A stretch of DNA of 45,143 bases from Candidatus Polarisedimenticolia bacterium (GTDB lineage: Bacteria > Acidobacteriota > Polarisedimenticolia > Gp22-AA2): positions 1 to 45,143 of the forward strand of contig JBOGOE010000313.1 of NCBI GenBank assembly GCA_050747445.1, in the 5' to 3' direction. Below the pieces are notes generated by a model, which had not been told where the DNA came from, searched no databases, and saw nothing but the letters and a program-made list of their open reading frames with translations. Both the position numbers and the translations under genes were made by a program. Positions 42,047 to 45,143 of this stretch are shown piece after piece (the stretch's first letter is position 1; every line of letters begins with the position of its first letter).

Positions 42047-43726
42047 ATGATACACCCTCGCGCGCCCGGACGGGCGGTCCTCGCCGGCGCCACGGCGGCC
42101 TGCGTCGTGGCGGCGATGGCCACCGTGACGGCCGCCGCAGGCGCCGCTCCGCCCGTCATCGGGGAGATCCGCCTGATACGCCCCGCCCCCGACACCGCGC
42201 CGGTGTGGAGCGAGACGGCCCTGCGACGCCTGATCGGGAGCCGCTCCGGCGGCGTGTGCGACGCTCCGGCGGTCGCGGCGCTCCTGGAGCGGCGCTACCG
42301 CTTTCTCGGCTACGTCCCCTCGATCACCGCCCGCTGCGAGGACGGCGCGCTGGACCTGTCGATCCGCGAGAGCAGCCACGTCATCGACACGATCACGTTC
42401 GAGGCCGCCGATCTCACCGGCCTCGGTCTGCGGCCGGACCCGGCGTATCGGGAGGAGCGCCGGCTGTACCCGGTCCCGGAGGACATGCCGCGCGCCGCCC
42501 TGCGGGCGCTGTTGCGGACGCATCCGGGAGACCTCTACAACTTCGAGCGTTACCGGGCCGATCGGGCGGCGCTCGAACGGTTCGGTTTCACCGTCGCGTT
42601 CGTGCCGGGCGCCGCGGGCGAGGGCGACTACCCGCGGGGCGCCTACCTCATCCAGAGCCTGCGGCCCCGGGTGGCCCGCCGGGACGATCCGCGGCGGGAA
42701 AAGAACTATCTCGGCGGCTCGGCCTCCTACGGGCCCCGGAGCCGGGCGGCGATCGGCGGCGACTACCAGCGCTCCGAGCTGTTCGGTCGGTTTGACCGGC
42801 TCAGCATCGCCCCCCTGTACAACGCCGCCCTCGGCGGGACCCTCTCCTACAGCGCGCCGCTCATGGCGGCGCGCGTGGATCCCCGCCGCCTCTACGACGC
42901 GGCGTTCGACGTCTATTCCGATTTCCGGCACAACCGCCTGCTCCAGGGGATCGAGACCGACCAGCGTTCGACGGGAGCGTCCCTCAGGATGGGGATCCGC
43001 CCCGCGCGGATTGCGGCGCCCCACGAGCTCCGGTTCGAAACGTCCCTGCGCCACCAGCGGGTCGCCTTCGAGGCCACGCTCCCCGGCGAGCCCGAGGAGG
43101 GTCTGACGGCCGTCCGGCTCGCCGCCGACTGGACCTTCCGTCACACCGAACGGCCGCCTGGATTCACCTTCCGTCTGGCCGCGACCGTCGATCAGGCCCT
43201 CCGGGCGGTCGGGGGCGACCGCCGCTTCCTGCGTCCCTCCCTGGAGGCCGGTCTGCACACCCGGCACCCGGGCGGGGTGGAGACCGATCTGCGGTTCGTG
43301 GCGGGAACGCTCGATCGCGCCGTCCCTTCCTGGGAGCAGTGGAGCCTCGGGGGGCCGGTCACGGTGCGCGGCTTCCGGGAGGACTTCCGTCTCGGGCGCC
43401 ATTTTTCGGCGCTCCAGGCGGAGCTCTGGTTCCCCCTGGCCCGTCCTCTGGAGTCGCTGCCCGGAGTCCCCGGGACCGACCCGGCCCCCGGGATGCTGCC
43501 CCGGGAGCCGTCCGCCGCGCGGCTCATGAAAGGGGCGGTGTTCGCCGATGGCGGCACCATCTCCGGGACGGCCGACGGCCGGAACGTTGCCATCTCCGGC
43601 GCCGGCATCGGTCTGCGGCTGCTGGTGCCGCGCCGGCCGCTGGTGATCCGGATCGATTACGCCTGGGGTCTGGGCGGGCGCGGCGGGGATTCGTTTCCTT
43701 ACGTGGCGCTCGGCTACCGCTTCTGA
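42047..43726 (+). CDS. Omp85-family outer-membrane protein (POTRA plus bacterial surface antigen barrel)
   Basis: Signal peptide and a POTRA-like N-terminus (IGEIRLIR...ALLERRYRFLGYVPSI). L6-loop motif VRGF. C-terminal beta-signal ...YVALGYRF. Confidence 0.7.
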   Translation: MIHPRAPGRAVLAGATAACVVAAMATVTAAAGAAPPVIGEIRLIRPAPDTAPVWSETALRRLIGSRSGGVCDAPAVAALLERRYRFLGYVPSITARCEDGALDLSIRESSHVIDTITFEAADLTGLGLRPDPAYREERRLYPVPEDMPRAALRALLRTHPGDLYNFERYRADRAALERFGFTVAFVPGAAGEGDYPRGAYLIQSLRPRVARRDDPRREKNYLGGSASYGPRSRAAIGGDYQRSELFGRFDRLSIAPLYNAALGGTLSYSAPLMAARVDPRRLYDAAFDVYSDFRHNRLLQGIETDQRSTGASLRMGIRPARIAAPHELRFETSLRHQRVAFEATLPGEPEEGLTAVRLAADWTFRHTERPPGFTFRLAATVDQALRAVGGDRRFLRPSLEAGLHTRHPGGVETDLRFVAGTLDRAVPSWEQWSLGGPVTVRGFREDFRLGRHFSALQAELWFPLARPLESLPGVPGTDPAPGMLPREPSAARLMKGAVFADGGTISGTADGRNVAISGAGIGLRLLVPRRPLVIRIDYAWGLGGRGGDSFPYVALGYRF

Positions 43727-43746
43727 AGCATGGGGCGGGGCGCCGC

Positions 43747-44619
43747 TCAGGAGGAACCCGGGGTCAGCGCCATCCCGCCCAGGATGGCGGCGATGCAGAC
43801 CGCCTGCACCCGGCCGATCCGTTCGCCGAGCACCAGACGGGCGAAGATCACGGTGATGATCGGATAGGCACCGCTGAGCGGCGTGGTCAGGGAGACCGGA
43901 CCGTAACGCGTCGCCACGATGAATCCGATGTCCCCGCCGGCGAGCATCCCCATCGGCAGGAACGACCGCAGCCACCCCCCCCCGCGATCCACCGCCCTCT
44001 GCCGCCCGCGCGCCACCCCGTAGACGCCGAGCGTCGCCATGGCGCCGGCCAGGCTGAACAGCATCACGTTGACCTCGTCGGCCCCCGGCAGCCGGTAGGC
44101 GGCCTTCAAAAGGGTCGAGGAGCAGCCCCACATCAACACCGCCAGGAACGACAGCGGGATCCAGCGCGGGTTGATCGGCCGCGACCCCGGCGCCGAGGGG
44201 GCATACGACAGCCCGACGCATCCGCCGATGACCAGCGCCACGCCGGCATACTGCGGAACGCTCAGCGCCTCGTCGAGGAAGAACCGGGCGAACAGGATGG
44301 TCAGCGCCGGGTAGGCGGCGCTCAGCGTCCCCACGATCGCGATCGGGCCGTGGACGATCGCCTGGAAGTAGAGCAGCCAGCCCGCGCCGTCGATCAGGTA
44401 GGCGCCGACGCTCGCTAAAGCGAAGGCGTCGCGGCCGGGCCCGAGGAGCGGCTGCCGGTGAAACAGCGCGTAATAACCGGCATGCAGCACGATTTTGGCG
44501 GCGACGAAGTAGAGACAGAAGCGGGCCGGAGGCACTTCTGCGATATATTTCTTGACGAGTCCCTGGCCGATGCCGTAAAGGAACAGCGCCGTCAGGGTCG
44601 GGATCAACCAGATCGCCAT
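43747..44619 (-). CDS. EamA/DMT-family transporter
   Basis: 290 aa, about 10 TM helices arranged as two EamA-like halves. Confidence 0.8.
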   Translation of the reverse strand: MAIWLIPTLTALFLYGIGQGLVKKYIAEVPPARFCLYFVAAKIVLHAGYYALFHRQPLLGPGRDAFALASVGAYLIDGAGWLLYFQAIVHGPIAIVGTLSAAYPALTILFARFFLDEALSVPQYAGVALVIGGCVGLSYAPSAPGSRPINPRWIPLSFLAVLMWGCSSTLLKAAYRLPGADEVNVMLFSLAGAMATLGVYGVARGRQRAVDRGGGWLRSFLPMGMLAGGDIGFIVATRYGPVSLTTPLSGAYPIITVIFARLVLGERIGRVQAVCIAAILGGMALTPGSS

Positions 44620-44707
44620 CGGGTCACCAGGAAGGAAGCGCGCATCTTAAAGCAGGCGCGCCCGGAGCGCCACCACGGCCCCGCGCGCCGCCCGGGAGGG
44701 TACCGCG

Positions 44708-45079
44708 GTGTCCGAGGCAGCGGAGGCGCAGCGACGGCTGGAGCTCCTGGCGATGCTCGAGGAGCGGCGCCGGGACGTCGAGACCCGCTTTCGCGCCGCG
44801 CGCGAACGACAGCAGTCGGCGGAGGCGGCCGGCGACAGCGAAGGGGTCCATGGGTGGAAGGCGGCCCGCGAGGGAGGCCCCGATCTCGCCATCCTGGCAT
44901 CGCTCGATCGGACCCTGAAGCAGATCGACCGGGCGATCCGGCGGGTGCACGCCGGCACCTACGGTCTCTGCGCCGCCTGCGGTGGCGCCATCCCGCTGGG
45001 CCGGTTGCACGCCCTCCCCTTTGCGACCGCCTGCGTCCCCTGCCAGACCCGCAGCGAATCCAGTGACCCCGGCCGCTGA
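44708..45079 (+). CDS. DksA/TraR-family C4 zinc-finger protein
   Basis: GTG start. Coiled-coil N-terminus and C-terminal GTYGLCAACGGAIPLGRLHALPFATACVPCQ (CxxC-N17-CxxC). Confidence 0.75.
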   Translation: MSEAAEAQRRLELLAMLEERRRDVETRFRAARERQQSAEAAGDSEGVHGWKAAREGGPDLAILASLDRTLKQIDRAIRRVHAGTYGLCAACGGAIPLGRLHALPFATACVPCQTRSESSDPGR

Positions 45080-45143
45080 CGACCGCGCGCGTCGTGCCGC
45101 CTCGCGGCGCCGGCCGCCCGGTGGCACGGGCGCGGCAGCGTGC

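Noticed and set aside
41897-44221. Upstream roughly 775 aa of the 971-aa minus-strand ORF 41306..44221
   Set aside because: Only the last 196 codons (from ATG 41896, with an RBS and signal peptide) look like a protein. The remainder is antisense to the Omp85-family gene and is Arg/Gly/Pro-rich.
1-45143. Searched by eye for CRISPR arrays, IS or transposon ends, integrases next to the two tRNAs, prophage genes, toxin-antitoxin pairs and long tandem repeats
   Set aside because: I found none. Both tRNAs are flanked by housekeeping or cytoskeletal genes with no integrase or direct-repeat att-like duplication that I could detect. A computational repeat search would be needed to exclude short or diverged repeats.

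Overview
GC-rich (about 70% by eye) chromosomal segment from a diderm bacterium: it encodes a LolB-like lipoprotein, an Omp85-family protein, LspA/Lgt and EnvC. I cannot assign the lineage without a database search. All calls rest on reading the supplied ORF translations and the raw sequence, with motifs recognised from memory and no searches run. I call 46 protein-coding genes, 2 tRNAs (Gln-UUG, Gly-CCC), one near-perfect sigma-54 promoter, several sigma-70-like promoters and one intrinsic terminator. I saw no rRNA, CRISPR array, transposase, integrase or phage genes. Positions 1-15370 form one uninterrupted minus-strand block: NPP-family phosphodiesterase, EnvC, an S41 homologue, a Hanks kinase, a TPR protein, a LolB-like lipoprotein, ispE, spoVG, tRNA-Gln, prs, ctc, pth, rpsF, rpsR, rplI, membrane proteins and a glutaredoxin-like gene. 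Many of these junctions are 4-nt start/stop overlaps. Candidates for something new, in rough order: (1) a sigma-54-driven, apparently autoregulated operon at 19799-26247 encoding an enhancer-binding protein (EBP), a pseudo-receiver-PilZ protein, a receiver, a degenerate-GGDEF/EAL protein and a PAS histidine kinase. It lies just downstream of a tRNA-Gly-linked bactofilin gene. (2) A zinc-ribbon-FHA protein translationally coupled between a cysteine desulfurase and MnmA. (3) An S41 peptidase homologue whose Ser/Lys dyad positions read Glu/His, coupled to a degenerate-LytM EnvC. (4) A 12-Cys orphan lipoprotein in a GC-poor islet next to a DUF4388 gene that lacks a canonical start codon. (5) A Hanks kinase, TPR protein, LolB-like lipoprotein and IspE joined by overlapping codons. 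One likely artefact or pseudogene signal: the family-5 substrate-binding protein ORF has no stop codon and runs about 700 nt antisense through tsaC. Most long ORFs in the track are GC-driven shadow ORFs opposite recognisable genes and were rejected.
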